Source: Octopus vulgaris (Eukaryota). From it: a stretch of DNA of 54,160 bases. This document shows, in pieces, positions 28,093 to 40,660 of this stretch. The stretch lies in NCBI GenBank assembly GCA_951406725.2, contig CATOCA020000025.1, positions 1-54,160 on the forward strand, in the 5' to 3' direction. Below the pieces are notes generated by a model. It was not told the origin of the DNA. It saw nothing but the letters and a program-made list of their open reading frames with translations, and made no database searches. Within the stretch, counting starts at the first letter, position 1, and each line of letters opens with the position of its first letter. The translations under genes and the position numbers were made by a program.

Positions 28093-28530
28093 CAGTGGGT
28101 TGTGAGTGAGTGAGAGAGAGAAAAAAAGAAGACAGGAATGGGATAGGTGCAGGATAGAATGAATGAAATCGAAAGTAAAGTAAAATCAAAATAAAAAAAT
28201 AAAGCATACAAAGAATAAAGATAGAGATATGGTTCCAGTATTCTTCTTCTTAAGGGTTGGTTGGGGTGAGAGGTCAGGCATTAAAGGTAAAGTGGAGGAG
28301 GAAGGTAGCTATGTCTATTGATTAAATAGGTTAGGTGTAGTAGGGATAGCTAAAAATAGATGCCTAGCTGAAGTGGGTATATGTAGGATAAAGGATACAA
28401 ATCAAAGTTTAAAGTTAAAAGCTAAATTAAAAATTGGGAATTTAAAAGTTAAAAATTTAAGGAATAAAGCTAACTAGATGGAGAAAAAAAGGAAAAAGAA
28501 AGGAATAAAGGAAAAGGAAAGGGAAAAATG
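28093..28530. repeat. Left arm of a diverged ~440-bp inverted repeat (right arm 29900-30360); probable PLE 3' UTR/pLTR
   Basis: For example, gtagggatagctaaaaatagatgcctag (~28340) is the reverse complement of ctaggcatctatttttagctatccctac (~30067). Confidence 0.8.
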
Positions 28531-28561
28531 AAAAGAAAGGAAAAATGTACATATAATGTAT

Positions 28562-28703
28562 AGGTACAGGAGTGGCTGTATGGTAAGTAGCTCCGGGTTC
28601 AGTCCCACTGCATGGTACCTTGGGTAAGTATCTTCTGCTATAGCCTCGGGCTGACCAAAGCCTTGTGAGTGGATTTCATAGACTGAAACTGAAAGAAGCT
28701 CCT

Positions 28704-28762
<59 letters not shown>

Positions 28763-28984
28763 TTATTTATGTGTGTATGTTTGTGTGTCTGTGTTTGTCC
28801 CCTAACATCGCTTGACGGCTGATGCTGGTGTGTTTGAGTCCCTGTAAATTAGCGGTTTGGCAAAACAAACTGATAAGTACTAGAATTACAAAGAATAAGT
28901 CCTGGGGTCAGTTTGTTGGACTAAAGATGGTGCTCCAGCATGGCCACAGTCAAATGACTTAAACAAGTAAAAGTATAAAAGAAT
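28562..28984 (+). mobile_element. Second copy of the tRNA-derived SINE, more diverged, with a deletion in the tRNA head
   Basis: Colinear with 27416-27828. Confidence 0.85.
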
Positions 28985-28989
28985 ATTGT

Positions 28990-29900
28990 AATGACCATGG
29001 AAGCATTTAGGCAGGTGTTATGTTTGTTTATTGTACTTGCATTTGGATCTATGGAAGAATCTAAAGGTGCAAAAGAACTTATGCTTACATGTAGAGGATG
29101 CTTCATGTTGTTTATTGAGTAATTGCAGAGAATTATTAATTAATATTTGGAGGGCTTCTTTCAGGCAGAGTCCACATATGGAGTGCTGGCCTTGCTATAT
29201 GATGCCAGAGTCTATTATTGTCCAAGGTATCCTATATGATACTTTCCTATTTATCAGGTGGTGTATGTGGTTGGCTAGGGATGTAGATTTACTATGTTCT
29301 TCATATTTAAATGAATTTAGATGTGCAGAATATCTCTGTTTAAAACTCATAGTAGACTCGGTGTAGTAGTTAGTAGAATTATGTAATATGTTGCAAACAA
29401 CGCATTTGTACACTACGTTAAACCTTCTGCAGTGGGCTTGCAGCGGGCATTCAGTCCTGAATTGGCAGTTGCAGCTATCTGTCCTACATGGGTTAATTGT
29501 GGAGAGGGAAGATGTACTATCTATGGACAAATTAAAGTTAAGGGTGGTATTAGGGCATTGGCTCATATCATTATTATTGCTGTTATTATTTTTATTTCTA
29601 TTATTATTATTAGTAGTAATAGTAGTATTAGTAAGTGTTAGTAGTAGCAGCAGTGCTATTAGTATTAGTATTCATTTTAGCCATATTCTGACCTTCTTCG
29701 GAAGCAGGCGATGTTTGCATCCTGGTTTGTGCTGGTTATAGTGCTAGGGTTATGGGTGTGGTTTATGTTATCATGTTCAGTGTTTTCACTGTATTGACCT
29801 ATGTTATGATTATATATATTTAGGTAGCAGGAATTAATTTTATGCTTATTAGATGAGTTAACAATAAATTCGATATTGGGCAGAGAGGAATAGGATAATT
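28990..29900 (-). mobile_element. Degenerate PLE GIY-YIG endonuclease region (Naiad-like cysteine pattern)
   Basis: ORF 29195-29566: SCNCQ..ECPLQAHC..NVVYKCVV...YY....SFKQRYSAHLNSFK....STSLANHIHHL.....PWTII. Confidence 0.75.
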
Positions 29901-30360
29901 TTTCCTTTCCTTTTCTTCTTTATCAATTTAAGTACTTTAGAAGCTACTTTATTCCTTAAATGCTTAACTTTTAAATTCCAAATTTTTAATTTAACTTTTA
30001 ATGTTTAAATTTTAATTCTTTAATTTCTATCCTTTATTCATTTAATCCTACATATACCCACTTAAACTAGGCATCTATTTTTAGCTATCCCTACTGACCA
30101 CACCTATCCTATTTAATCAATACACATAAATACCTCCCTCCTCCACTATACCAAAACCTTTAATGCCTGACCTCTCACCTTGAACCAACACTTAAGAAGA
30201 AGAATACTGGCACTTTATCTATCTTTATTCTTTTTATTGCTTATTTTTTAAAATTTTATTTTACTTTCAATCTCATCCATTCTTTCCTGCACCTATCCCA
30301 TTCCTGTCTTCTCTCTTTTCTCTCTTTCTCCTTTCTCTATCCACTCACTCACAACCCACT
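29900..30360. repeat. Right arm of the inverted repeat pairing with 28093-28530
   Basis: Reverse-complement similarity over about 440 bp, seen by eye. Confidence 0.8.
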
Positions 30361-30375
30361 TGTCTGTCTTGATGT

Positions 30376-30440
30376 CTAAAGGCGGTGCTCCAGCATGGAC
30401 ACAGTCAAATGATTGAAACAAAAGAAAAGAATAAAAGAAT
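30376..30440 (+). mobile_element. SINE 3'-tail fragment
   Basis: aaaggcggtgctccagcatggacacagtcaaatgattgaaac followed by an A-rich tail. Confidence 0.75.
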
Positions 30441-30699
30441 ACTGCCAAGTATGTTAATAAATTAATTTTATATCCTTACCAACTCTCCATTCTTCTTTAA
30501 TCATATTTATACTTATAATAATCCCATATATATTGAAGAGATATTCCTCAATGGTGTTGGTGATTAAACCAGTGAAATTTCAGATATAGTAATCCCTTAT
30601 GAGGATACAATATTCTCGCATGGACTGTATGAATATATATATATGTATGTATGTATACATATCTATATCTATCTGTCTGTTTACATACATACATACACA

Positions 30700-31570
30700 C
30701 AGGGTGTGATGGATAAATTGTCGCCATTCTATATTTTTAATTTCACGCACGTGCATTGTTTGTTTGTGATTTTGTTGACTACATAATATAGTAAGGTGAG
30801 TTGGAGACTGTCTGTGAGAAAAACAGCACTGTGATGCATTTCACTTTACCAGAAGTTTGGAAACAACATGCTGTACTGCTTGGTATTCATGCTGGAAGCT
30901 CCAGTATGAACATTTCAGAGTGTTTGGGAGTCAATCTGAGGACATGTACCAAGAATGATAAAAATCAATTATCCAGTCTACATCATGGTGATTGGCGCGA
31001 TCACTAGTGATTGCAATGTTATGCCTCCATTCATCATCCCACATGGCTTCAGACCCAACACAGAGGCCTACATCAAGTGCTTGGAGGAGGTAGTGCTGCT
31101 CTGGGTCAAGAGGGTGGCTGCTGGAGGACCCTATATCTGGCAATAGGACTCTTCATCATGCCACACAAGCAGGAAAACCCAGTCATGGCTGTCAGACAAT
31201 TTCTTCTGCCACCACATCACCTTTAACATCTAGTCACCTAACTCCCTAGATTGCAACCCCCTTGATTATATGTGGGGTGCAGTTGAGTGAGTGACCAACA
31301 ATACTCCTTGTAACACCAAAGATGAACTGAAGGCAAGGATTATGACAGCATTCACCAACTTCAACAAGGAGAACGTTTGAAAGAGTTGCAGGAGGTTCCA
31401 AAGTCGTCTGGAGGCTATGTTTGAAGCCAATGGCTATTTTATTGAATGAATTTACTCTTTAGTATTTCAAGATACATTTATGTAATTTTGGTAAATATAT
31501 TTGTTAAAATGAGATGTCGGTGTTATTTTCATTTTTGTGTAATTGACAAAAGTTTATTCATTGCACCCTC
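30700..31570 (+). mobile_element. Internally deleted, degenerate Tc1/mariner-superfamily DNA transposon (probably DD37D/maT-like)
   Basis: Imperfect TIRs cagggtgtgatggataaattgtc / gacaaaagtttattcattgcaccctc. Transposase remnants MVIGAITSD..MPPF, YIWQ*DSSSCH, SPNSLDCNPLDY and RLEAMFEANG. Confidence 0.8.
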
Positions 31571-32016
31571 TATGTACCGTAAAAACCCATGTAATTTATG
31601 CATTTTTTTCCACACAAAAAAAATAAAATTTAGGGTGTGCGTATCTCATTGTATCTTATTTTAATTTATTTTATTAAACCTTTTTTGATGTCCTTCAAAA
31701 ACTTCTTCACACTGATGAGAATGACACTGCATAAATTTAATTATAATTACTATGATTATAATTTTTTTCTTACATATCTGTATTTTCCTTTGAAACACAC
31801 ATATGTATTGAATCCTATTTTGTATTAAGTCTATTTTGATGCAACATCTTTTTCTCATCCATTTTTCTATAATTGTTTATGGTATATTTATACCTATAAC
31901 GATGTTTTTCAACTTGTATTTTTGTATATGTATTTATATATAAATATATATGTGTGTGTGTGTGTGTGTATGCATATATGTGTATGTATATAAATATATG
32001 TGTATACATATGTATA

Positions 32017-32112
32017 TCATCATCGTCATTTAACGTCCATGTTCCTTGCTAGCATGGGTTGCAAGGTATCACAAGAGCCAGCCAGACAGAAGCCTGCACC
32101 AGATTTCTGTGA
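32017..32112 (-). mobile_element. Short RTE-tail/SINE remnant
   Basis: catcatcgtcatttaacgtccatgttccttgctagcatgggttg resembles the reverse complement of the RTE terminus. Confidence 0.6.
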
Positions 32113-32115
32113 CTG

Positions 32116-32150
<35 letters not shown>

Positions 32151-32421
32151 GTGTTTGTCTCTCTCTCTCTCTCTCTCTCTCTATTTATATATATATATAT
32201 ATATAGTTGAGGTTATAAGAGATAATGGTGTCATTGAGACCCAAAGGTGTCAGTTAATGCCGAATAAGTGCTATAGATGGACCATAGTTAAGTTCCAGAT
32301 TCAGTAATATTGCGAATAAAGGGTTCAACATTGGTTCTATGTTAGTGTGTGTATATAAGAAGTTTTTGCGTAATAAGATTTAAAAAAAACAAGGCTGTAT
32401 AGATATTAGAGCATTTATAGA

Positions 32422-32478
32422 TAGGTCTTACAGCTGTTTCTAGGATATTTATTAATAATATCCCTTCATCGGAGATGG
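32422..32478 (-). ncRNA. Degenerate hammerhead motif (CCGATGA core variant)
   Basis: Minus strand: atct CCGATGA agggatatt...aatatccta GAAAC agct GTA agacc; same family as 27306-27390. Confidence 0.55.
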
Positions 32479-32885
32479 TGTGAGAGGAAAGTTAAGTCAT
32501 AGTTAGTTTAGATGTGGTACAAAATAGAGTGTGAGGTGGAGGAAAGAAAATAGATGCAATATATGTATGGGCATTGAAGTTGTAAATCCATTTTATAGGC
32601 ATAATGGTATGTATGCAATATTCCAAAATCCTATGAGTAAAGTCCAAATAAATTCTTTTCTATGAGTAAAGTCCAATAAATTCTTTTCTAACCTAAACCT
32701 ATCTATCACATTCGAAAACGAATGTTATATATTAGAAGAAATGAGGTACTCAGAAATTCGGATGGTTTTATATTTACAGATATTTATTTGTATATTACAT
32801 GTTTTTATACATCATAGAACTTAAGCATATATTAGTGCTTTCTCCCATTCTGGTGGGGTTTTCAAATCGAATTAAGTTCCTGTGA

Positions 32886-33285
32886 AAAAGTTTTGACCAT
32901 TTTATAGTGTTATTGAGTGCATTGTGGTGGGGAGGGACATAAGACAGTACAAGAGGGTGATGAATGGGGGGGAAAGTGAGAGAGAGAGAGAACATGTGTG
33001 TGTGTTTTTGTATTTGGAAGATGTGTTAAAGAAAAAGAGAGGAAGGGAGAAAAGGGAGAGAGGGAAGAACAAAAAAATTGTTTTGCTGGTTAGTTGGTCA
33101 GGATGTTTACTCCAAGGGGGGTCTAAGATCTTGGGGAAAAGAAAGTTTTGACCATTTTATAGTGTTATTGAGTGTGTAGTGGTAGGGAGGGACATAAGAC
33201 AATACAAGAGGGTAATGAATGGGGAGAAAGTGAGAGAGAGCATGTATGTGTGTTTTTTGTATCTGGAGGGAGTGTTAGAAAAGAA
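32886..33285. repeat. Two diverged direct repeats of ~140 bp
   Basis: aagttttgaccatttt(a)tagtgttattgagtg...gagggacataagaca at about 32888 and 33143. Confidence 0.75.
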
Positions 33286-33529
33286 GATAAGGAAGGAAGG
33301 GGAGGGAAGGTAGACCATAGATTATATTTCCTTTTTATCATTGTCTTGTGAGAGAGTGTGTGTGTGTGTTTAAGGAGGAATGGTCAAATGGTTTTTGGTT
33401 TTTTGAAAAGATTTGTCTGGAATTCTTTTTATTGTTTTGTGGAGGTTTGTGTGTGTGGGTGCCTGTGAGTCTGCAAGGGGTGTCATTGTAGAAAGGAAGA
33501 AAGAAGAAATAATTATGTTGATATTTATA

Positions 33530-33576
<47 letters not shown>

Positions 33577-34057
33577 CACTAAATGCTGCACTATGTTTGT
33601 TAAATTATAATTTGAAAGATTTGTCCTTCAATGTATGATGAGCAAAATTTCATAAGGTCCATACTTGAAAAAGAGACTTTCTTGTGTTGAAGTTACAGAT
33701 GACAGAATACAAACTGACAACCATTGAGTCTGTTGTCTGATCTTCAATTGATTTAGTCTAATATCTCATTGATTGACAGTTAAATAAATATCATACAGGA
33801 GCAACTGGTTCCACCAATTAAAGTGAAATGGTTTCATTCAAATATTAGAATATCCTTTGTTCAATGTTGTATTTTCAAAAACCAAAACATATGTGTAGAA
33901 CTGTGTGTGTGTGTTTAATACAGTTTACTTAAATTTGGTCCTCATTCTGGTACAGCTTATTATAGAGATATTTTCAGCCATTCAATCATTCAATTTTGGG
34001 GAGAACTTAGTTATGAAATATTTTTCTATATTCCTCCTCAAGGAGGTGTCATTCTTT

Positions 34058-34112
<55 letters not shown>

Positions 34113-34119
34113 TATATAT

Positions 34120-34255
34120 CTTCCCTTCTCCTATGTTTCCGATGAAGAGCTCCCCTCGAAATGTTAAACCCTCCTTCTTTCCTGAGCATCCAATAATACT
34201 ATATTTGTTCCACGTCCTCGTGTTGTGTTTTATTGTGCTTTCTTGTTTGGATTAA
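34120..34255 (+). repeat. Short interspersed repeat with a decayed hammerhead-like core
   Basis: gttt CCGATGA agagctcccctc GAAAT gtta aac: spacing is hammerhead-like but the core carries substitutions. Confidence 0.35.
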
Positions 34256-34385
34256 CTTTATATATATACATACGTATATATATATATATACACATATATA
34301 TACATACATATATATATATATATATACATATATTTACATACATATACATATATATATATATACATACATACATATATTTACATAC

Positions 34386-34420
<35 letters not shown>

Positions 34421-34451
34421 CATACATATACATACATATATATATATGTAT

Positions 34452-34482
<31 letters not shown>

Positions 34483-34489
34483 CATATAT

Positions 34490-37058
34490 AATTCATAAAT
34501 GAGATTCCATTATTACCATATCGGACCGATTTCAGAGTTAGCTACTAAGAGCCCTCTCTTCATCAGTGATACACGTGGCAAAAGAAATAAATGAGATACT
34601 TACTCATACCCATGGAAGAAGCAAATACTAAGTCATGGGTACAACTAAGGACCCCAAATACATCCAAAATAGAAATACTCTAGCCCATTCGAGGCACGTG
34701 CAATTTGAACTGAGGCTCTCACAGAGTGAGTTAGTTAGTTCGGAAGTGAACGCTTAAATTTATATCAAATGTGAGGATAAAATTCTTTTCGAAAAAAAAT
34801 ATTTTCTCCAAAAAAATTTTATCAATGGCCAGCATATCAAAAAATACCTTTAACGGTTAAATTTATAAACAATTCATAAATGAGGGCAAAGGAAAAAATT
34901 TCTGATGCCAAATAGGCCGAAAAATTGGACATATTGTCCATTAACCATATAATTTTTTCACAATACGCACGCTACTCGAAAAAAGGTCAACAGAAATTTC
35001 TAAAAAATTCCATTATTACCATATCGGACCGATTTCAGAGTTAGCTACTAAGAGCCCTCCCTTCGTCAGTGATACATGTGGCAAAAGAAATAAATGAGAT
35101 ACTTACTCATACCCACAGAAGAAGCAAATACTAAGTCATGGGCACAACTAAGTACCCCAAATACATCCAAAATAGAAATGCCTCGAATGGGCTAGAGTAT
35201 TTCTATTTTGGATGTATTTGGGATACTTAGTTGTGCCCATGACTTAGTATTTGCTTCTTCAATGGGTATGAGTAAGTATCTCATTTATTTCTTTTGCCAC
35301 GTGTATCACTGACGAAGAGGGCTCTTAGTAGCTAACTCTGAAATCGGTCCGATATGGTAATAATGGAATTTTTAGAAACTTCTGTTGACCTTTTTCGAGT
35401 AGCATGCGTATTGTGAAAAAATTATATGGTTAATGGACAATATGTCCAATTTTTCGGCATATTTGGCATTAGAAATTTTTTCCTTTGCCCTCATTTATGA
35501 ATTGTTTATAAATTTAACCGTTAAAAGTATTTTTTAATATACTGGCCATTGATAAAATTATTTTCGAGAAAATATTTTTTTTCGAAAAGAATTTTATCCT
35601 CACATTTGATATAAATTTAAGCTGTGAGAGCCTCAGTTCAAATCGCACATGCCTCGAATGGGCTAGAGTATTTCTATTTTGGATGTATTTGGGGTACTTA
35701 GTTGTGCCCATGACTTAGTATTTGCTTCTTCTGTGGGTATGAGTAAGTATCTCATTTATTTCTTTTGCCACATGTATCACTGATGAAGAGAGGGTTCTTA
35801 GTAGCTAACTCTGAAATCGGTCCGATATGGTAATAATGGAATTTTTTAGAAATTTCTGTTGACCTTTTTTCGAGTAGAGTGCGTATTGTGAAAAAATTAT
35901 ATGGTTAATGGAGAATATGTCCAATTTTTCGGCATATTTGGCATTAGAAATTTTTTCCTTTGCCTTCATTTATGAATTGTTTATAAATTTAACCGTTAAA
36001 GGTATTTTTTGATATGCTGGCCATTGATAAAAATTTTTTCGAGAAAATATTTTTTTTCGAAAAGAATTTTATCCTCACATTTGATATAAATTTAAATGTT
36101 CACTTCCGAACTAACTAACTCACTCTGTGAGAGCCTCAGTTCAAATCACACGTGCCTCAAATGAGCTAGAGTATTTCTATTTTGGATGTATTTAGGGTAC
36201 TTAGTTGTGCCCATGACTTAGTATTTGTTTCTTCCATGGGTATGAGTAAGTATCTCATTTATTTCTTTTGCCACATGTATCACTGACGAAGAGAGGGCTC
36301 TTAGTAGCTAACTCTGAAATCGGTCCGATATGGTAATAATGGAATTTTTTAGAAATTTCTGTTGACCTTTGTTCGAGTAGCGTGCGTATTGTGAAAAAAT
36401 TATATGGTTAATGGACAATATGTCCAATTTTTCGGCATATTTGGCATTGGAAATTTTTTCCTTTGCCCTCATTTATGAATTGTTTATAAATTTAACCGTT
36501 AAATGTATTTTTTAATATAAGGGCCATTGATAAAATTTTTTTGGAGAAAATATTTTTTTCGGAAACAATTTTATCCTCACATTTGATATAAATTTAAGCT
36601 GTAAGAGCCTCAGTTCAAATCGCACGGGCCTCGAATGGGCTAGAGTATTTCTATTTTGGATGTATTTGGGGTACTTAGTTGTGCCCATGACTTAGTATTT
36701 GCTTCTTCCATGGGTATAAGTAAGTATCTCATTTATTTCTTTTGCCACATGTATCACTGACGAAGAGAGGGCTCTTAGTAGCTAACTCTGAAATCGGTCC
36801 GATATGGTAATAATGGAATTTTTTAGAAATTTCTGTTGACCTTTTTTCGAGTAGTGTGCATATTGTGAAAAAATTATATGGTTAATGGACAATATGTCCA
36901 ATTTTTCGGCATATTTGGCATTAGAAATTTTTTCCTTTGCCCTCTTTCATGAATTGTTTATAAATTTAACCGTTAAAGGTATTTTTTAATATGCAGGCCA
37001 TTGATAAATTTTTTTGGAGAAAATATTTTTTTTCAAAAAGAATTGTATCCTCACATTT

Positions 37059-37060
<2 letters not shown>
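34490..37060. repeat. Tandem array of ~470/500-bp units, each carrying a hammerhead-like motif; the first ~700 bp are inverted relative to the rest
   Basis: CTGA(C/T)GA cores at 35309, 35780, 36283, 36757 (+) and about 34560, 35063 (-); inversion point near 35179. Confidence 0.9.
35298..35357 (+). ncRNA. Hammerhead-like motif, representative copy (others at ~35770, ~36273, ~36747 on +; ~34518, ~35020 on -)
   Basis: gtatca CTGACGA agag(ag)ggctcttagtagctaactct GAAA tcg GTC cgatat. Stem II agag/ctct; stem I gtatc/gatat with an A-C mismatch next to the core. Confidence 0.65.
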
Positions 37061-37093
<33 letters not shown>

Positions 37094-37485
37094 GTATATG
37101 TATATATATATATATGTATATGTATATATATATATGTATATGTATATATATATATATGTATATGTATATGTATGTATATATATGTATATATATATATATA
37201 TATATGTATATGTATATATATATGTATATATATAAGTATATATATATGTATATGTATATATGTATATGTATATATATAAGTATATATATATGTATATATA
37301 TATGTATATATATGTATATATATATATGTATATGTATGTATATGTATATGTATATGTATATATATATGTATATATATGTATATATATATATGTATATGTA
37401 TATATATGTATATGTATATATATGTATATGTATATATATATATATGTATATGTATATATATGTATATGTATATATATGTATATGT

Positions 37486-37517
<32 letters not shown>

Positions 37518-37782
37518 GTATATGTATATGTATATGTATATATATATGTATATATATGTATATGTATATATATATGTATATGTATATATATATGTATATG
37601 TATATATATATGTATATGTATATATATATGTATATGTATATATATATGTATATGTATATATATGTATATATGTATATGTGTATATGTATATATATATATG
37701 TGTATATGTATATATATATGTATATGTATATATATATATGTATATATATGTATATATATATGTGTATATATATATGTATATA

Positions 37783-37827
<45 letters not shown>

Positions 37828-37898
37828 GTATATATATGTATATATATATGTATATGTGTATATATATATGTATATATATATGTATATATATGTATATA

Positions 37899-37953
<55 letters not shown>

Positions 37954-37954
37954 G

Positions 37955-37987
<33 letters not shown>

Positions 37988-38090
37988 GCATATATATATA
38001 TGTATATATATATATGTATATATATATGTATATATATATGTGTATGTATATATATATGTATATATATATGTATATATATATATGTATATA

Positions 38091-38135
<45 letters not shown>

Positions 38136-38205
38136 GTATATATATATATGTATGTATATATATATGTATATATATATATGTATATATATATGTATATATA
38201 TAACA
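37059..38205. repeat. Compound (TA)n/(TATG)n microsatellite, ~1.1 kb
   Basis: Directly visible. Confidence 0.98.
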
Positions 38206-38649
38206 TATATATTCACTTTATTTATTTTTTATTTATTTTCCATTTTATTGTAATGTTATCAATCTTTGCATCTAGTCTTCTATTTATTTATTTATTTATT
38301 TGCCTATTTAAGTGTAGATGTTTACATACATATCAAGTCATCTAATTTGTTACCTATTTATTTTTTTTTTTTTTTTTTTTTTTTACTTATTTACTTATAC
38401 TGGGGTAGTTTTATACATACATATCTATCATTTATTTTTATTTAATTTTAATAATATATGAATACATATATACTGGTTTGTACTTATAATTATGTGTATA
38501 ACCGTATTTATTCCTTCGTATTTATTCCTTCTTATTTATTTTATCACTTTTCATCTTAAGTCTTTATAATATAAAATTTATTTAAAATTTCTGTGATGTT
38601 CTCATAAGCGTTTACATTAGTACTTCCCCTTCTATTTTTTAAATGCCTA

Positions 38650-39283
38650 AACTGATATATTATGGCACTATATTTATTAAGTTAATAAGTGACTTATTTA
38701 TAATATTTAAATTAATATATATTTTATATTTTATATTTTATAATTTAGCGTACTTAAAATCATAACAAACTTACGATAAATCTAACAACCGTATGTTTAC
38801 TCTGCAACAAACCGGTGTTATAAATTTTAAGTTACCCATGAAATAATTATCTGACTTAGTAACATACTGATATTTAAAAATATATTTATATCTAAATTAA
38901 ATATTTTATGGAATGCATGGATGGTTCTTTTTTGTTATTGAGGCACAGTTATAATTTTGAAGGACTAAATGGTAGCATAGTTGCTTCCCTTTTTTGTTTA
39001 TCTAAGTGCTAGTTGTTGCTTGTGATTATGTATGTGTATAAGTGTATGTATATACATATAACTATGTGTGTATGTGCGATTGATCTGTAGATGCGTGTGT
39101 GAATATTGGCGTTCCCTGACTAACCAACCGTATAATTTTCTTTTGTGATTTAAATTTCAAACCAATAGCCAATCGAATTAATCTAAATTTTCTTTACCTA
39201 GTGGTCAGCATTTCTTAACTCATAGTTATTTCGATCTTGAATGGATGGACTTGGTGCTAACTTAACTGTATCTATTTTTATTA

Positions 39284-39338
<55 letters not shown>

Positions 39339-39990
39339 ATTAATAGTAATTTTTATTAACTTTTATAGCTTTAGAATTTTATGAACTGTACCATGGTTTT
39401 AATTATTATTTTTCATCTCCATATGTGTTAGCCTTTTTTTTATAAAAAAAACTATTAGCCAAATATGTATAATATCGGTACTTATTAATATTAATATATA
39501 CACTGTTATATATTTTGTTTTATTTTGTTCTGTTTACCTTCCTTTTTTGTACAAATGTGTATTATATTATATAAGTGTAGCATTATGATGTATAAGTTTT
39601 TATATTTTACATTTTTATATTTTTATATTTATATGTATATGATTATATAATATTTTTCACTATTATAACAAATTTAATTTAATTCTCTGAAGAGGCCGTG
39701 GGGCATCCTTGTTAATGCCTCATTTATACCTGCCTTTATGGCTTATAGGTTAAATGAGGTATGACTGCCCTCACTGCCGAAACAGCTGTCAGTTTTGATT
39801 TATTTGCATATTATATTTGAAATTTTTTACTTATATCTCTTTATCTTTTTACTATTACTGTATATCTCATTTCATTTTATATATTGCCTTTACTCATATG
39901 TAATGGTGTATTAAAGTATGGATTGAGTATCATCGGATAGTTGATGTTTTACTGATTTAAGTATGTTTCTCCATTCTCTAATTTTGTAAT
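38650..39990 (+). mobile_element. Highly decayed PLE 3' end or pLTR
   Basis: Weak remnant VCLLCNK near 38792, followed by an AT-rich region and the hammerhead at 39687. Confidence 0.35.
39681..39797 (+). ncRNA. Type I hammerhead motif with a long stem II hairpin
   Basis: ct CTGAAGA ggc-cgtggggca...atgcctcattta...taaatgaggtat...tgccctcac-tgcc GAAAC agct GTC ag; stem I is weak. Confidence 0.7.
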
Positions 39991-40021
39991 ATATATGTAT
40001 ATATATATGTATATATATATG

Positions 40022-40058
<37 letters not shown>

Positions 40059-40059
40059 G

Positions 40060-40134
<75 letters not shown>

Positions 40135-40454
40135 GTATATATATGTATATATATATGTATATATATATATGTATGTATATATATATATGTATGTATATAT
40201 ATATATGTGTATATATATATATGTATATATATGTATATGTATATATATATATGTATATATATATATATGTATATATATATATGTATGTATATATATATAT
40301 GTATGTATATATATATATGTGTGTTTATATATATATGTTTGTATATATATATATGTATATATATATGTATGTATATATATATATATATATATGTATGTAT
40401 ATATATATGTATGTATATATATATATGTATGTATATATATATATGTATGTATGT

Positions 40455-40495
<41 letters not shown>

Positions 40496-40660
40496 TATAT
40501 GTATATGTATATATATATATGTATATATATGTATATATATGTATATGTATATATATATATGTATATATATGTATATGTATATATATATGTATATATATAT
40601 ATATGTATATGTATATATGTATATGTATGTATATGTATATATGTATATATATATATATAT
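39988..40660. repeat. Compound (TA)n/(TATG)n microsatellite
   Basis: Directly visible. Confidence 0.98.
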
